Source: Acidobacteriota bacterium
GTDB lineage: Bacteria; Acidobacteriota; UBA6911; RPQK01; JADFOI01
Length of the DNA stretch: 64,000 nt
Assembly (NCBI GenBank): GCA_963663035.1
Contig: OY760074.1
Location: 3,488,001-3,552,000, forward strand
Reading direction: 5' to 3'
Below the pieces are notes generated by a model that saw only the letters and a list, made by a program, of their open reading frames with translations, searched no databases and was not told where the DNA came from. Position 1 is the first letter of the stretch, and the number at the start of each line of letters is the position of its first letter. Shown here piece after piece: positions 9,968 to 21,203 of this stretch. The position numbers and the translations under genes are program-made.

Positions 9968-11374
9968 TCAGCGGTCAGTGGTCAGCGTCCCCCCCATCCT
10001 TGCCTCAATTTCACGGATCTCACGGGGTGCACCTTCCGAGAGTACCTGGTAGCCGTTCTCGGTCACCAGGACATCCTCTTCAATTCGGACACCGATGTTC
10101 ATGAACTTCCTGAGAGCCGGACGAATCTTTTCCAGCTCCTTTTCAGTGACTCCCTGGTTGGCCAGTCTTAGCTCAGAATCTTCTCTGACGTAGATGCCCG
10201 GTTCGACAGTAAGGACCATGTTGGATTCCAGGCGATCACCATGGCTCACGTCGTGAACATCCAGCCCGACAAAGTGCCCGATTCCATGGATGGTAAAAAC
10301 ACGATATTGATGACTTGTTGGATCGGTAATGAGTCCGAGACGCAAGAGTCCTTCCTTGAGCACGTCCACTGCCTTTTGATGAACAGCTTTAACGGATGCT
10401 CCAGGTTGGATCCAGTCTATTGCAGCTTCTTGTGCTGTCAGCACAAGCTGATAAATGGCGGTCTGCTCTGGCGTGAACTTTCCGTTGACGGGGATGGTTC
10501 GCGTGATATCAGCGGCGTAATAATTGTATTCGGCGCCAATATCGATCAGTAGGAGTTCACCATCCTGGGTTTGTCGTTGGCTGTCTTGATAGTGCAGGGT
10601 TGTGGCATTCGGACCGGATGCGACAATGGAGGGAAAGGCCCAGTCAAAGGAGTTTCTCTTCTTGAACACGTATTCAATCAGGGCTTCGACTTCGTATTCC
10701 CAGAGGCCGGGATGGAGGCTCTGCATGGCCTGAATCTGTGCTTCGATGGTGATGTCGATGGCTTCTCGAAGCTGCTTGATCTCATAAGGTGACTTGATCA
10801 CTCGAAGTTGAGCCAAAATCTGGGAAGTATCTTTGATCTGAATTCCACTGAATCGCTCTCGCAGACGATCGGCGAATTGAAGCTCCTTCCTCACCTCGCC
10901 GAGAATCCGGGCTTTGGGTTCCATCAGTAAGAATACGTCAGCCACACTATTTTGCAGGGTGGAATCCAGAAAAGAATCAAACTCAGAAGCACTCCGGACG
11001 GTCTGGATACCGCTCACTTCCACAGCCTCCTGAGGACTCAGCATTTTCCCATCCCAAACCTCTCTTTGGGTGTTCCGATCTGACAGGAACAGAATCTCGC
11101 GGCTGGAGGAATTCTGAGGCATCAAGACGAGTGTTGTGTCAGGCTGACGGATTCCGGTGAGATAAAAAAGGTTGTTTTCCTGACGAAACTCATAGGCAAC
11201 ATCTCCAGAATAGGGGCGGCGATCGGCGCTCAAGAAAATCAGCATTCCACGATTACCCATCTTTTGCATCACGGATTCTCGCCTGTGAACGAGGTCGGCT
11301 GTTAACTCCGGATCACTGGCAAACAGAGTGGGACAAATCAGGAAAAATGACAGGAGATGAAGCCAATTGCGCAT
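9968..11374 (-). CDS. pepP: Xaa-Pro aminopeptidase (M24B) with signal peptide
   Basis: FRQENNLFYLTG, DIGAE...ADITRT, HGIGHFVGLDVHD, TVEPGIY, GVRIEEDV. Confidence 0.9.
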   Translation of the reverse strand: MRNWLHLLSFFLICPTLFASDPELTADLVHRRESVMQKMGNRGMLIFLSADRRPYSGDVAYEFRQENNLFYLTGIRQPDTTLVLMPQNSSSREILFLSDRNTQREVWDGKMLSPQEAVEVSGIQTVRSASEFDSFLDSTLQNSVADVFLLMEPKARILGEVRKELQFADRLRERFSGIQIKDTSQILAQLRVIKSPYEIKQLREAIDITIEAQIQAMQSLHPGLWEYEVEALIEYVFKKRNSFDWAFPSIVASGPNATTLHYQDSQRQTQDGELLLIDIGAEYNYYAADITRTIPVNGKFTPEQTAIYQLVLTAQEAAIDWIQPGASVKAVHQKAVDVLKEGLLRLGLITDPTSHQYRVFTIHGIGHFVGLDVHDVSHGDRLESNMVLTVEPGIYVREDSELRLANQGVTEKELEKIRPALRKFMNIGVRIEEDVLVTENGYQVLSEGAPREIREIEARMGGTLTTDR

Positions 11375-11448
11375 TTTGAATTCCACCAGACGGTTATTTG
11401 GACTTTAACAAATGCAGAGGATTAATTCTATTTGCTGGAAGGGAGCGC

Positions 11449-11928
11449 TTAGCCCAGAAGCTCTTGATAAGCGTTGACTGCCAGTTCATCGCAGCGTTCG
11501 TTTTCGGGGTGGCCAACATGCCCGCGCACCAGTTCGAAACTGAGCTCGTGGCTTTGAGCCAACTCGTCCAACTGTTTCCACTGGTCGACATTCTTGACCG
11601 GCTTAAGGCCGTGGCTGGTCTTTCTTTTCCAGCCGCGGAGTTTCCAGCCCTGGATCCACTCGGTGAGGCCCTGCTTCAGATAGGTGCTGTCAGTGACGAC
11701 ATGCACTCGTGTGGGCCGCTTGAGGGATGACAGCCCTTCGATCAGTGCTTGCAATTCCATTTGGTTGTTCGTGGTTTGGACTTTTGAGCCACTCACTTCC
11801 ATGGTTTTGCCGGTGGGTTGGTGGCGAAGAATGAAGGCCCAGCCTCCCGGTCCGGGATTTCGACTGCAGGCACCATCTGTGTATAAGATTACTTCCGCAT
11901 CAGGGGATTCGTTCTGGGTGTTGGTCAT
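11449..11928 (-). CDS. rnhA: Ribonuclease HI
   Basis: YTDGACSRNPGPGGW, TTNNQMEL, TDSTY, GHVGHPENERCDELA. Confidence 0.96.
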   Translation of the reverse strand: MTNTQNESPDAEVILYTDGACSRNPGPGGWAFILRHQPTGKTMEVSGSKVQTTNNQMELQALIEGLSSLKRPTRVHVVTDSTYLKQGLTEWIQGWKLRGWKRKTSHGLKPVKNVDQWKQLDELAQSHELSFELVRGHVGHPENERCDELAVNAYQELLG

Positions 11929-12018
11929 CCATTTGTCCTCGGGACGTCGAGAATGATACACATAGACGGGTGGAGAAGCCACAAACGTTAACCTATTCAT
12001 GAATCGAGGAGCGAAGAA

Positions 12019-13101
12019 GTGCCTGAAACCGACAAGCAGAATATTCTGGATGCCTTGAAAAGTGTAAAGGATCCTGACCTGGGTCGTGACATTGTTTCAT
12101 TGGGCTTTGTAAAAGACGTCAAGCTCTGCGGTGGTGCGGCGGCCGTTACCATTGAACTCACCACGCCTGCCTGCCCTGTCAAGGATCAGCTGAGAGAAGA
12201 GGCAAAGCAGGCGATTCTTGCACTGGACGGAATCGACGAGGTCAATGTGGAGATGACAGCGCGTGTTCGGCCTTCCTCATCGGAGAGGCAGGAGCTTCTC
12301 TCTGGTGTGAAGAACATTGTCCCGGTCGCCAGTGGCAAAGGAGGAGTGGGAAAGTCAACCGTCAGCGCCAACTTGGCGGTGGCTCTGGCACGAAGTGGTG
12401 CCCGCGTCGGTTTGATGGACGCTGATGTCTATGGACCCAGTATTCCCACCTTGCTGGGTATCTCTGAGAAGCCCGTTACCGGGCCAGATCAAAAAATTAT
12501 TCCTGTCACTCAATATGATTTGGAAGTTATATCCATGGGTTTTTTCCTTCCTCAGGAAAAGGCCGTAATCTGGCGTGGGCCCATGCTCGATAAAATGATG
12601 ACCCAGTTCCTGGGGGGGGTGCAGTGGGGAGCATTGGATTATCTGATCATTGATCTGCCGCCGGGTACCGGCGACATCCAGTTAAGCCTGTGCCAGAAGG
12701 TTTCCCTGACAGGTGCAGTCATCGTTTCAACCCCGCAGGATGTGGCGTTGAACGTGGCGGAGAAGGCCATTGCCATGTTCGATCAGCTGAACACACCGGT
12801 TCTCGGAATCGTAGAGAACATGAGCCATTACATCTGCGGCCATTGCGGTCAACGGGATGATGTTTTTGGAAGTGGGGGAGCACGTGAGGTGAGCGAGCGC
12901 AGGCAGTTGCCCTTCCTGGGAGAGATTCCGCTTTCCACCAAGATTCGCCTCCATTCGGATTCTGGAAAGCCAGTGGTCCTGGCCGAGCCGGAATCAGAAG
13001 ATGCAAAGGCCTTTATCAAGGTGGCCGAGAATACCGCGGCCCAGATCAGTATCCGTAACATGTCTCAAGATCCGGAGCAGGATATAAAGGTTTCGTTTTA
13101 A
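12019..13101 (+). CDS. apbC: Fe-S cluster carrier Mrp/ApbC/NBP35
   Basis: DUF59-like N-terminus LTTPACP, SGKGGVGKST, DLPPGTGD, CxxC. Confidence 0.94.
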   Translation: MPETDKQNILDALKSVKDPDLGRDIVSLGFVKDVKLCGGAAAVTIELTTPACPVKDQLREEAKQAILALDGIDEVNVEMTARVRPSSSERQELLSGVKNIVPVASGKGGVGKSTVSANLAVALARSGARVGLMDADVYGPSIPTLLGISEKPVTGPDQKIIPVTQYDLEVISMGFFLPQEKAVIWRGPMLDKMMTQFLGGVQWGALDYLIIDLPPGTGDIQLSLCQKVSLTGAVIVSTPQDVALNVAEKAIAMFDQLNTPVLGIVENMSHYICGHCGQRDDVFGSGGAREVSERRQLPFLGEIPLSTKIRLHSDSGKPVVLAEPESEDAKAFIKVAENTAAQISIRNMSQDPEQDIKVSF

Positions 13102-13116
13102 TGGTGGGGCAGTGAT

Positions 13117-13446
13117 TTGGGTGACACTACCAGGCCCATTCCCGGTGAGATCACTCGGGCCGGCGATCACGACATACGAATCCTCTGGAAGAGTGGACAC
13201 GAAAGTCTCTATCCAGCCCGTTATCTACGACTGAAGTGCCCCTGTGCCGGATGTGTGGATGAATGGACGGGGCGAAAGGTTCTCAGACCTCAGGAGATCG
13301 GCGAGGATGTTGCTCCCAGCTCTCTTGAGTTAGTCGGTCGATATGGCCTTAGGGTCCGTTGGACCGACGGCCACTCCGACGGGATTTACACTTTCAAACT
13401 TCTCCGAGATCTCTGCCCCTGCTGTCAACCTAAAGAATCCTCCTAG
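13117..13446 (+). CDS. DUF971 / GBBH-N-like protein
   Basis: LRLKCPCAGC...VGRYGL...WTDGHSDGIY. Confidence 0.88.
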   Translation: MGDTTRPIPGEITRAGDHDIRILWKSGHESLYPARYLRLKCPCAGCVDEWTGRKVLRPQEIGEDVAPSSLELVGRYGLRVRWTDGHSDGIYTFKLLRDLCPCCQPKESS

Positions 13447-13645
13447 CCCGCATTTCTCACAACAGCTCGTCGCGAAGCGGCGGAAGGGCCGGAAAACAGA
13501 GCCGTGGGCTTTAGCCCACGGGCCCGCAGGCTAAAGCCTGCGGCTCCGACTGGCGCGCGAGGGGTACCCGCTTGCGGGTCGAGCAACGCAGGCAGGTCGG
13601 ATCATTGCGCCGATGCAGTAGAGCGGGTGTGAGAAATGCGGGCTA
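13444..13645. mobile_element. MITE-like element, family A copy 2, carrying a nested REP-like pair
   Basis: Perfect 18-bp inverted repeat TAGCCCGCATTTCTCACA / TGTGAGAAATGCGGGCTA. Overlaps the DUF971 TAG stop. Shares GGGGTACCCGCTTGCGGGTCG with 276-471. Confidence 0.75.
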
Positions 13646-13656
13646 AAATTCTTTCT

Positions 13657-14187
13657 TCACTCCTTCGATTTCTTCAGCACGGACAGGTGGTGCCGGTAGT
13701 CAGAACGAACAGCGATGAAATCCTTGTGTTCCAGCTTGAGCTCGGCCGTGATCTGGCGGATTTCCCTGTTCTCTTCACTCGAAATGTCCTCGTCTGTGGA
13801 GGAGACTGCAAAAAGACAGTGTAATAAAGCAAGTTTCTGCTTCCTTGTTGCGATATTGTTGAACTCCCGTGTCACCAGATAGTTTTCCGTTCCGCCAAAG
13901 AGGAGATTTTGGGTTTTGGCAATCTGAACCACAATGATCGCCTGTTCCTCGGGTAATTGCCCCAGCTCCATGATCGCGCGCTCCATCTCGTGGATCTCCT
14001 CTTCACTGATTTCCAGGTCGGCGTGAGCGACCCGCCCGAGAGTGTAGGCGAAGACGGCTATGTATTGAGATTGCTTGGGGTCCATTTGATCTAAGGCTTT
14101 GGTGATCTTGCGAACGGTCTCGGTTTCCTTTGATCCCGACTCCGGTTCTTCTTCCTTTCCCAGCCCCAGAAATTTGAAAAGCGACAT
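13657..14187 (-). CDS. TerB-family protein
   Basis: VAHADLEISEEE and second repeat LFAVSSTDEDISSEE. Confidence 0.8.
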   Translation of the reverse strand: MSLFKFLGLGKEEEPESGSKETETVRKITKALDQMDPKQSQYIAVFAYTLGRVAHADLEISEEEIHEMERAIMELGQLPEEQAIIVVQIAKTQNLLFGGTENYLVTREFNNIATRKQKLALLHCLFAVSSTDEDISSEENREIRQITAELKLEHKDFIAVRSDYRHHLSVLKKSKE

Positions 14188-14229
14188 AGGAGATCGTGAA
14201 AGGCAGATTACAGGACCCACTGAGAAGGG

Positions 14230-15483
14230 TCAAGGAGGGGAAAGTTGCTGCTCAGCCTTCTCAAGATCGCGGCGGGTGCAGAAGAACCGCTTTTGAATCT
14301 TGGTCCCGCTCTGCTCAGCCAGCCGCGGATACTCTCTCAAGAGCTCCTCGATGAAGATCTCCAGAAACGAACCGGGATCCAGGGGAATAAAAGACTCCTT
14401 CAATTGCTGGGCCTTTTCTTGCAGGTCCATGATACGACTGTACCCCACCTGAAAGAAGGACTGGAGATAATGACGCTGAAGATCCTGGGCGGCCCTTTGG
14501 AGATTTCCTTTTGAATGCCAGTCCAATCCCAGATTGATCCCGGCGATTGCCTTGCCGATCGTTTCCTTGACACGATCTGGATCCCCCGGCGAAGCACAGT
14601 CCGCCGACAATACCTTGTTGCAGACAAAGAAAATCTCCTCCAACAAGGCTTGAGAGTCCTGAGGGGAGGTGATCAGGTCTAAAGCTTGAAAAAGGAGTAA
14701 AGGCCCTTTCAATTGGTCCTGTAACTTGACCGGTAGAGCACTCACCTCCAGGATTTGCTCCCGCTTCTTTTTGGGTAAGGCTTCGTCAGCTGGGAAAAGG
14801 GTGTAAATATCGATGGCGTCGAAGTAATCCTGAAAACCCATCTCCTCGACGCGACGCTTCCGACTTTGGTAAGCCGTTTCCTCTATTTCAATTGAGGTCC
14901 GAGCCTGACACGACTCCAGCAGGAGAGAGATGTACTTTGGGTCTAACGCAAAAAGACGCAGAATCATGGCACGAAGCAGACGGGCCTCTTCGGGTTTCTG
15001 GGGCAGTACGATGAGGTAGTTATTATCGGGTGTTTCCAGCCATTCTCCTTCCTGTGGCTCAGCTTGAAACTCATCCTCTTCCACTCGCGGATAGATCTTC
15101 AGCTTTTGCTTGAAGATGAATTCCCACAAGTCCGAATCAGTTGCGCGAACGAGTTTTCGAGCCACTGGATCTTCGGCTCTCACGATGTGCCGTTCCAGAT
15201 CCAGAAACTCCCCGCTGCTCATCTTGTCACCGGACCACAAGGCCAGGTCAAGAATGCCGCTCCACTGTTCCTCGGTGACATGAGTTAGGAGCTTCAAGAG
15301 CTCTTCGTCGCCCAACTCCTTGAGCCCAAAAAAGAGGTGAGGCACGGGCAGCCGTCGGATGCGTCCCCGCGTTTCAGCCGTGGCCAGCATTTCTCTCACA
15401 TCAACTGGTGCATAGACACTGTGATAGATGAGCTCTTGAGAGTGATGAACGAGAGCCTCACCTCCCTCAATCTCTTCAGTCAT
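14230..15483 (-). CDS. Conserved hypothetical protein (DUF6178-like)
   Basis: Long ORF overlapping the nfi stop; EEQW..ILDL.LW and EE.AY..R..RVEEMGF motifs. Confidence 0.65.
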   Translation of the reverse strand: MTEEIEGGEALVHHSQELIYHSVYAPVDVREMLATAETRGRIRRLPVPHLFFGLKELGDEELLKLLTHVTEEQWSGILDLALWSGDKMSSGEFLDLERHIVRAEDPVARKLVRATDSDLWEFIFKQKLKIYPRVEEDEFQAEPQEGEWLETPDNNYLIVLPQKPEEARLLRAMILRLFALDPKYISLLLESCQARTSIEIEETAYQSRKRRVEEMGFQDYFDAIDIYTLFPADEALPKKKREQILEVSALPVKLQDQLKGPLLLFQALDLITSPQDSQALLEEIFFVCNKVLSADCASPGDPDRVKETIGKAIAGINLGLDWHSKGNLQRAAQDLQRHYLQSFFQVGYSRIMDLQEKAQQLKESFIPLDPGSFLEIFIEELLREYPRLAEQSGTKIQKRFFCTRRDLEKAEQQLSPP

Positions 15484-16201
15484 TGGAGCAGTATACCTTG
15501 CTCTCACGGCATAATTGATCAGCTCTTCGAATGGGCTCGGGTAGTCGAAAGCGCGAGGTCATGGTCAGGGCCCAGCTCACACAGTCCTCCAGGGGCAGAC
15601 CGTACCCCACCGAGACGAACACTGGCTTGACTCCAGCCCGCGTGCGCAGCACTTTTCCAATCACTTCTCCCTTGTGAACAAGATCTGTGGAAGACCCCCG
15701 CAGATGAGAGGCGATGCCGAAACGGCGCGGATGGGCTCGCCCGTGTCCGTCAACCATCTTGTTGCCGGGCTCTCTGAACTCCCCGCAAAGACGCGACTTT
15801 CCAATACCAATGGTGGGATGTTTTAACCACTGTCCCAGATGAGAGGCGATGCCGAAACGGCGCGGATGGGCTCGCCCGTGTCCGTCAACCAGGATGAGAT
15901 CGGGAAGGCGGGAGAGCTTTTTCAGGGCCTTTAGAATGGGTGGAACTTCTCGAAAGCTGAGTAAGCCGGGAATATAGGGAAAGGGCGTCTTCATTTTTGC
16001 CACTGCCGACTCAACGGTTTCAAAGCCGACAGAGGAGACGACCACCGCTGTAGCCACGGATTGTTTTTCTTCACGGAGGTAGGCGACATCCACTCCGGCG
16101 ATGGACTGCGGGAGCCTCAGGGTGAGATTGGTCTTGACCTGATCTTTCAGATCTTTCTGGAGTTGAATGGCTTCCTTGGGAGTGAGATTCCAGGAGTGCA
16201 T
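15476..16201 (-). CDS. nfi: Endonuclease V with an internal 19-aa duplication
   Basis: AGVDVAY, FPYIPGLLSFREVP, VDGHGRAHPRRFGIASH (twice), PTIGIGKS, RLPEPIR.AD. Confidence 0.93.
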   Translation of the reverse strand: MHSWNLTPKEAIQLQKDLKDQVKTNLTLRLPQSIAGVDVAYLREEKQSVATAVVVSSVGFETVESAVAKMKTPFPYIPGLLSFREVPPILKALKKLSRLPDLILVDGHGRAHPRRFGIASHLGQWLKHPTIGIGKSRLCGEFREPGNKMVDGHGRAHPRRFGIASHLRGSSTDLVHKGEVIGKVLRTRAGVKPVFVSVGYGLPLEDCVSWALTMTSRFRLPEPIRRADQLCRESKVYCSND

Positions 16202-16220
16202 TGTCCAGCCTTCGAGAGCT

Positions 16221-16805
16221 TCACTGTTTATTCTCGTATTCTTGAATCCGGTCTTCGTACTGGATCGTCAACTCAATGTCATCCAGGCCCTGCAGCAGGC
16301 AGTCCCGGCGAAAGGGATCCACCTCAAAGCGATACTCTACAGCTGAGTCGCCGGTGATGGTCTGTGACTCCAGATCAACGGTGAGTTGGGCACCGGGATT
16401 CGCTCCGACCCACTCGAAGAGTTCGTCTATCTGATCCAGAGAGAGCTTCACCGGGAGCATGCCGTTTTTGAAACAGTTGTTATAGAAGATATCCGCAAAG
16501 GAAGGAGCGAGAATCGAACGGAAGCCATAATCCAAAAGTGCCCAGGGAGCGTGCTCTCGAGAGGAACCACACCCGAAATTATCACGGGTGAGAAGGATGG
16601 AAGCGCCCTTGAAGCGGGGATCATTCAATTCAAAATCAGGATTGGGAGAGCCATCTTTTTTTAATCTCCAGTCGTAGAACAGAAACGGTCCGTAGCCCGT
16701 TCTCTCGATCCGCTTCAAGAACTGTTTCGGTATGATCTGATCGGTGTCCACATCGACGCGGTCCAGCGTAGCGACCAGTCCCTTGATTTGAGTAAATGGC
16801 TCCAT
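16221..16805 (-). CDS. leuD: 3-isopropylmalate dehydratase small subunit
   Basis: [29 protein letters not shown]. Confidence 0.97.
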   Translation of the reverse strand: MEPFTQIKGLVATLDRVDVDTDQIIPKQFLKRIERTGYGPFLFYDWRLKKDGSPNPDFELNDPRFKGASILLTRDNFGCGSSREHAPWALLDYGFRSILAPSFADIFYNNCFKNGMLPVKLSLDQIDELFEWVGANPGAQLTVDLESQTITGDSAVEYRFEVDPFRRDCLLQGLDDIELTIQYEDRIQEYENKQ

Positions 16806-16821
16806 GACTCAAGTAGAGATG

Positions 16822-18228
16822 TTAATCATTGTCCCATTGGCGAATATCTGCGAAGTGCCCTTCGATTGCCGCGGCGGCAGCCATAGCCGGGCTCACCAGA
16901 TGAGTGCGTCCCCCGCGTCCCTGCCGTCCTTCAAAGTTACGGTTGGATGTGGAAGCGCAGTGTTCACCCGGCTTCAGGATGTCGGGATTCATTCCCAAGC
17001 ACATGCTGCATCCTGACTCTCGCCAGTCAAACCCCGCTTCTTTGAAAATCTGGTCAAGGCCCTCTTCCTCAGCCTGCCGCTTGACTTGCTGCGATCCCGG
17101 CACCACCATGGCCTGGACTGAAGAAGCCACTTTTCTTCCCTGAACCATTTGGGCCGCTGTTCTCAGGTCTTCAATGCGGGCGTTGGTACAGGAGCCGATA
17201 AAAACTCGGTCCAGCTTGATTTCCGCGATAGGGGTGCCCGGCTGCAGTCCCATGTACTCCAGGGCGCGGCTCACCGCCTGGCGGGTCTTTTTGTCGGCAA
17301 AGGACTCAGGATCAGGCACTTCTCCCGTCACGTCCGAAACCATTCCCGGATTGGTTCCCCAGCTTACCTGGGGTGCAAGAGAAGAGATCTCCATTTCGAT
17401 CGTCTCATCAAAGGAGGCCTCCGCGTCTGTGGGGAGCATGCTCCACTGCTCAACCGCCTTCTGAAACGCCTTCCCCTTGGGTGCATGAGGGCGTCCCTCT
17501 AGATAGGCATAGGTGGTCTCGTCAGGTGAGATCATTCCGGCTCGCGCGCCCGCCTCAATGGACATGTTGCACACGGTCATGCGCTCTTCCATGCTGAAGC
17601 GGCGAATGGCGTCTCCCCTGTACTCAATCACATAACCGGTGCCCCCATCGGTCCCAATGGTTCGAATAATGTAGAGGATGACATCCTTGGCGGTGACACC
17701 GGGCTGGAGTTGGCCGTGCAGCTGAATCTGAAGAGTTTTGGGTTTGGATTGCAGCAAACACTGGGTCGCTAGCACATGCTCAACTTCACTGGTACCCACC
17801 CCAAAAGCCAGAGTGCCAAAGGCCCCATGGGTCGAAGTGTGGCTGTCACCACAGACGACCGTCTTGCCCGGCTGAGTAATACCCAACTCCGGTCCGATCA
17901 CATGAACGATTCCCTGCTGGGGGCTCTGCAAGCCGAACAACTGGATTGCGAATTCCTCACAGTTTCTTTCCAACGTTTCGATCTGAAGCTTGGAGATGGC
18001 GTCTGTGATTGGAAGAGAACGGTCCCAGGTGGGGACATTGTGGTCCGCAGTTGCAAAGGTCAAGTCGGGCCGCCGCACCTTGCGTCCAGTCAGTCGCAAG
18101 CCCTCAAAGGCCTGAGCTGAAGTGACCTCATGCACGAGGTGACAGTCGATGTACAGAATCGCGGGTTGACCCGGCTCTTGGTGGACGACATGCCGGGCCC
18201 AGATTTTCTCAAACAGCGTTTTAGGCAC
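16822..18228 (-). CDS. leuC: 3-isopropylmalate dehydratase large subunit
   Basis: [42 protein letters not shown]. Confidence 0.97.
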   Translation of the reverse strand: MPKTLFEKIWARHVVHQEPGQPAILYIDCHLVHEVTSAQAFEGLRLTGRKVRRPDLTFATADHNVPTWDRSLPITDAISKLQIETLERNCEEFAIQLFGLQSPQQGIVHVIGPELGITQPGKTVVCGDSHTSTHGAFGTLAFGVGTSEVEHVLATQCLLQSKPKTLQIQLHGQLQPGVTAKDVILYIIRTIGTDGGTGYVIEYRGDAIRRFSMEERMTVCNMSIEAGARAGMISPDETTYAYLEGRPHAPKGKAFQKAVEQWSMLPTDAEASFDETIEMEISSLAPQVSWGTNPGMVSDVTGEVPDPESFADKKTRQAVSRALEYMGLQPGTPIAEIKLDRVFIGSCTNARIEDLRTAAQMVQGRKVASSVQAMVVPGSQQVKRQAEEEGLDQIFKEAGFDWRESGCSMCLGMNPDILKPGEHCASTSNRNFEGRQGRGGRTHLVSPAMAAAAAIEGHFADIRQWDND

Positions 18229-18231
18229 GTA

Positions 18232-19815
18232 CTAGGATCCGGTGGCCTTGCGTTTTATCTTTTTCTCTTCTTCTGAGACGACCTCTGATTCCCGTCCTGC
18301 TTCCTGCTTCTTCTCGTAAAGCGCCTTGTTGACAGCATTGAGATAAGCACGCGCACTGGCGTCGATTATATCTACGCTAGCCGCTTTAGCAGTGTAATTT
18401 TTTCCGCTAAAGGAAACATGGACGAAGACCTCTCCCAGCGCGTCTTTGCCTCGGCTCACCGAGTTGATGCTGTAATCCAGAAGGCGACCAGGCATGCCTG
18501 TGATCTGATCAATGGCCTTGCAGGTGGCGTCCACGGGTCCGTCTCCGTGCGCGGATGCGACAAAGGTTTCTTCCTGTCTCGCCAGTCTGACAATCGCAGA
18601 AGAGAGTTCCTGGTTCCCACCCTCTGAGTGAACGTAAGAGATCTTGTAGGTATCGGGGATGGTCTTGATCCCATCCTGAACGATGGCGATGAGGTCCTCG
18701 TCGTATACCTCTTTTTTCTGGTCAGCCAGCTTGGTGAAGAAGAAGTAAGCCCGCTCAAGTTCCTCTTTCGTCAACTGGTAACCCAATTCCTCATACTTCT
18801 TTAGCAGTGCGTGCCGCCCGCTGTGTTTCCCCATGACCAGAGTGCTGCTGATGATTCCCACTGTTTGGGGTGTCATGATCTCGTAGGTCAGAGCATTTTT
18901 CAGCATTCCGTCCTGGTGAATTCCTGCTTCGTGAGCGAAGGCATTCTTTCCAACAATGGCCTTGTTGGCTTGAACGAACGCCCCGGTGAGGTTTGAGACC
19001 ATCCGGCTGGAACGGTGAATCTCCTCGGTGACGATTTCCGTGTGGTAGGGGAGTAGATCCTTTCGCGTCCGCAGTGTCATGACGATCTCCTCGAGGGAGG
19101 CATTGCCGGCACGCTCACCGATTCCGTTGACGGTACATTCAATCTGTCGGCATCCACTTTCGACACCGGTCAGGGAGTTGGCCACGGCCAATCCTAAATC
19201 GTCGTGGCAGTGGCAGCTGAAAATCGCCTTGTCCCGATTGGGAATCTTTGAGATGAGCTCTTTCACAAAAGGTCCATATTCCTGGGGTACAGTGTAGCCG
19301 ACGGTGTCGGGAATGTTGATGGTTGTAGCCCCGTTCTCGATGGCCGCTTCGAACACTTCAGCCAGGTAATCAATGTCGCTGCGTGTGGCATCTTCGGCAG
19401 AAAATTCCACATCCGAGCACAGATCACGAGCAATCTTGACGGCCTCTATGGTCATCTCCAGAACCTCCGAACGTGACTTCCGCAGCTTGAACTCCAGGTG
19501 AATATCGGAAGTTGCAACAAAGGTATGAATGCGCGGTTTGCCGGCGTTTTTCACGGCTTCCCAGGCGCGTTCAATGTCCGGTCTGCGGGTTCTGGCCAAA
19601 GCGGCGATGGTGGGCTGGCGCACCTCGGCTGCGGTCGCCTGAACGGCTTCAAAATCTCCTTCCGAGGCAATAGGAAAACCAGCTTCGATAATATCCACAT
19701 TGAGGCGCTCCAGTTGTCGCGCCATTTGGAGCTTCTCCTGGAGGTTCATGGAACATCCCGGGGACTGTTCTCCATCTCTCAAGGTAGTGTCAAAAATCAA
19801 AACTCTTTCCGACAT
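18232..19815 (-). CDS. leuA: 2-isopropylmalate synthase
   Basis: [37 protein letters not shown], regulatory GDGPVDA. Confidence 0.97.
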   Translation of the reverse strand: MSERVLIFDTTLRDGEQSPGCSMNLQEKLQMARQLERLNVDIIEAGFPIASEGDFEAVQATAAEVRQPTIAALARTRRPDIERAWEAVKNAGKPRIHTFVATSDIHLEFKLRKSRSEVLEMTIEAVKIARDLCSDVEFSAEDATRSDIDYLAEVFEAAIENGATTINIPDTVGYTVPQEYGPFVKELISKIPNRDKAIFSCHCHDDLGLAVANSLTGVESGCRQIECTVNGIGERAGNASLEEIVMTLRTRKDLLPYHTEIVTEEIHRSSRMVSNLTGAFVQANKAIVGKNAFAHEAGIHQDGMLKNALTYEIMTPQTVGIISSTLVMGKHSGRHALLKKYEELGYQLTKEELERAYFFFTKLADQKKEVYDEDLIAIVQDGIKTIPDTYKISYVHSEGGNQELSSAIVRLARQEETFVASAHGDGPVDATCKAIDQITGMPGRLLDYSINSVSRGKDALGEVFVHVSFSGKNYTAKAASVDIIDASARAYLNAVNKALYEKKQEAGRESEVVSEEEKKIKRKATGS

Positions 19816-19895
19816 AATCTCTCCTTAGTGGATTGGTAGAATCTGGCAATTACTCTATCAAATCGACCCTGGGCAATCAATGAAGACGGGGATGT

Positions 19896-21170
19896 CTACA
19901 GCCTTTTCACCGAGCTTCGGGAGACGAGAAAGCCCAATGCGCTGGCGCCTAACAGGGCACTAAATGTGAGGAGGGCCATGGAGGGTGAAAAGCGGGAGGC
20001 CAGGGTGCCGGCCAATAAGCTGCCGAAGGGCATGCCGCCTCGAAAGGCCAGCATATAGATACTGGTCGCGCGGCCGCGCATTTCTTCGGTGATGCTGAGT
20101 TGAACCATTGAAGTGATGGAGGTAAACAGCATCAATAAGCACAGGCCGGCCAAAAACAGGGCCACATAACTGAGCCACAGGTTTCTCGACAGTGCAAAGC
20201 CGGCAATCATCAGAGCCATGGCTAACTGGAAACCCAGGGTCAGCTTTCCGCGGGACTTGATGTCCTTCAGACTGGCAAACATGAGGGCTCCAAGGACAGA
20301 GCCGATTCCCGAGATGGTCATCATTCTGGAAAGACCCGTGGAGCCTACTTGGAATATATCTATTGCATACATGGGCAGCAGCGTCATCAAGGGAATTCCG
20401 CAGAAGGTGCTGATGAATCCCAACAGATTGAGCTGCCAAAGCCCTTGGCAGCTCCAGACGAACTCCAGTCCCTTCTTCAGTCCTTTGAGGACTGATTCAT
20501 CCGTTTTCAGTGGCCTGAAGGTGGGCCGGATGAGATAAAGGCTGACAATTACGGCTAGAAAGGAAAGTCCATTGAGTGCAAAGCATAAAACAGGTCCTAC
20601 CAGAGCAAGGGCTGCTCCTGCCAATAGGGGTCCGAAGACTCGAGCAAGGTTGAACTGAATGGAGTTCAAGGCGATGGCATTGGGCACATCCTTTTTGTCG
20701 ACCAGAGTGGGAATCAGCGAGTGGTAAGCAGGACCTCCGAAAGCCTGTGCTGTGCCCACTACAAAAGCCAGCACAAAGAAATGCCAGATCTGGATCCAAT
20801 CAAGGTAGATCAGCACGGTCAAAAGAAGGGCAGTCGTCATTTGCAGGTACTGGGAGAACAACAGCAAGTTGCGCCGCTCGATTCTGTCGGCAAGAACTCC
20901 TCCCACCAGAGAAAAGAGAATGATGGGGAGTTGTCCCAGAAATGCGGTGAGCCCCAGGTAGAGCCCGGATCCGCTCATACTGAAAACAAGCCAACCCTCA
21001 GCCACCTGCTGCATCCAGGTTCCGGTCGTGGAGGTAAAGGCCCCCAGCCACATCCAACGAAAATCGCGATAGCGAAAGGCCCGAACTGTTCCGAAAAAAA
21101 AAGCCAGCACCCCATGTTCTTCATGAGCGCTGATTCGATCCGGTTCGCCCTTTTGCCTGCTGTCGTGCAT
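19896..21170 (-). CDS. MFS transporter (MFS_3/DUF894-like); start uncertain
   Basis: About 12 TM segments; AFRYRDFRWMWLG, GVLADRIERR, NAIALNS..FN.AR..GP. Confidence 0.9.
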   Translation of the reverse strand: MHDSRQKGEPDRISAHEEHGVLAFFFGTVRAFRYRDFRWMWLGAFTSTTGTWMQQVAEGWLVFSMSGSGLYLGLTAFLGQLPIILFSLVGGVLADRIERRNLLLFSQYLQMTTALLLTVLIYLDWIQIWHFFVLAFVVGTAQAFGGPAYHSLIPTLVDKKDVPNAIALNSIQFNLARVFGPLLAGAALALVGPVLCFALNGLSFLAVIVSLYLIRPTFRPLKTDESVLKGLKKGLEFVWSCQGLWQLNLLGFISTFCGIPLMTLLPMYAIDIFQVGSTGLSRMMTISGIGSVLGALMFASLKDIKSRGKLTLGFQLAMALMIAGFALSRNLWLSYVALFLAGLCLLMLFTSITSMVQLSITEEMRGRATSIYMLAFRGGMPFGSLLAGTLASRFSPSMALLTFSALLGASALGFLVSRSSVKRL

Positions 21171-21203
21171 TCGTGCCTTGGTGCGGTCGTGCCTTCGTGC
21201 GGG

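Noticed and set aside
19816-19895. leu attenuator or T-box upstream of leuA
   Set aside because: The gap is only 80 bp with no Leu-rich leader peptide or terminator
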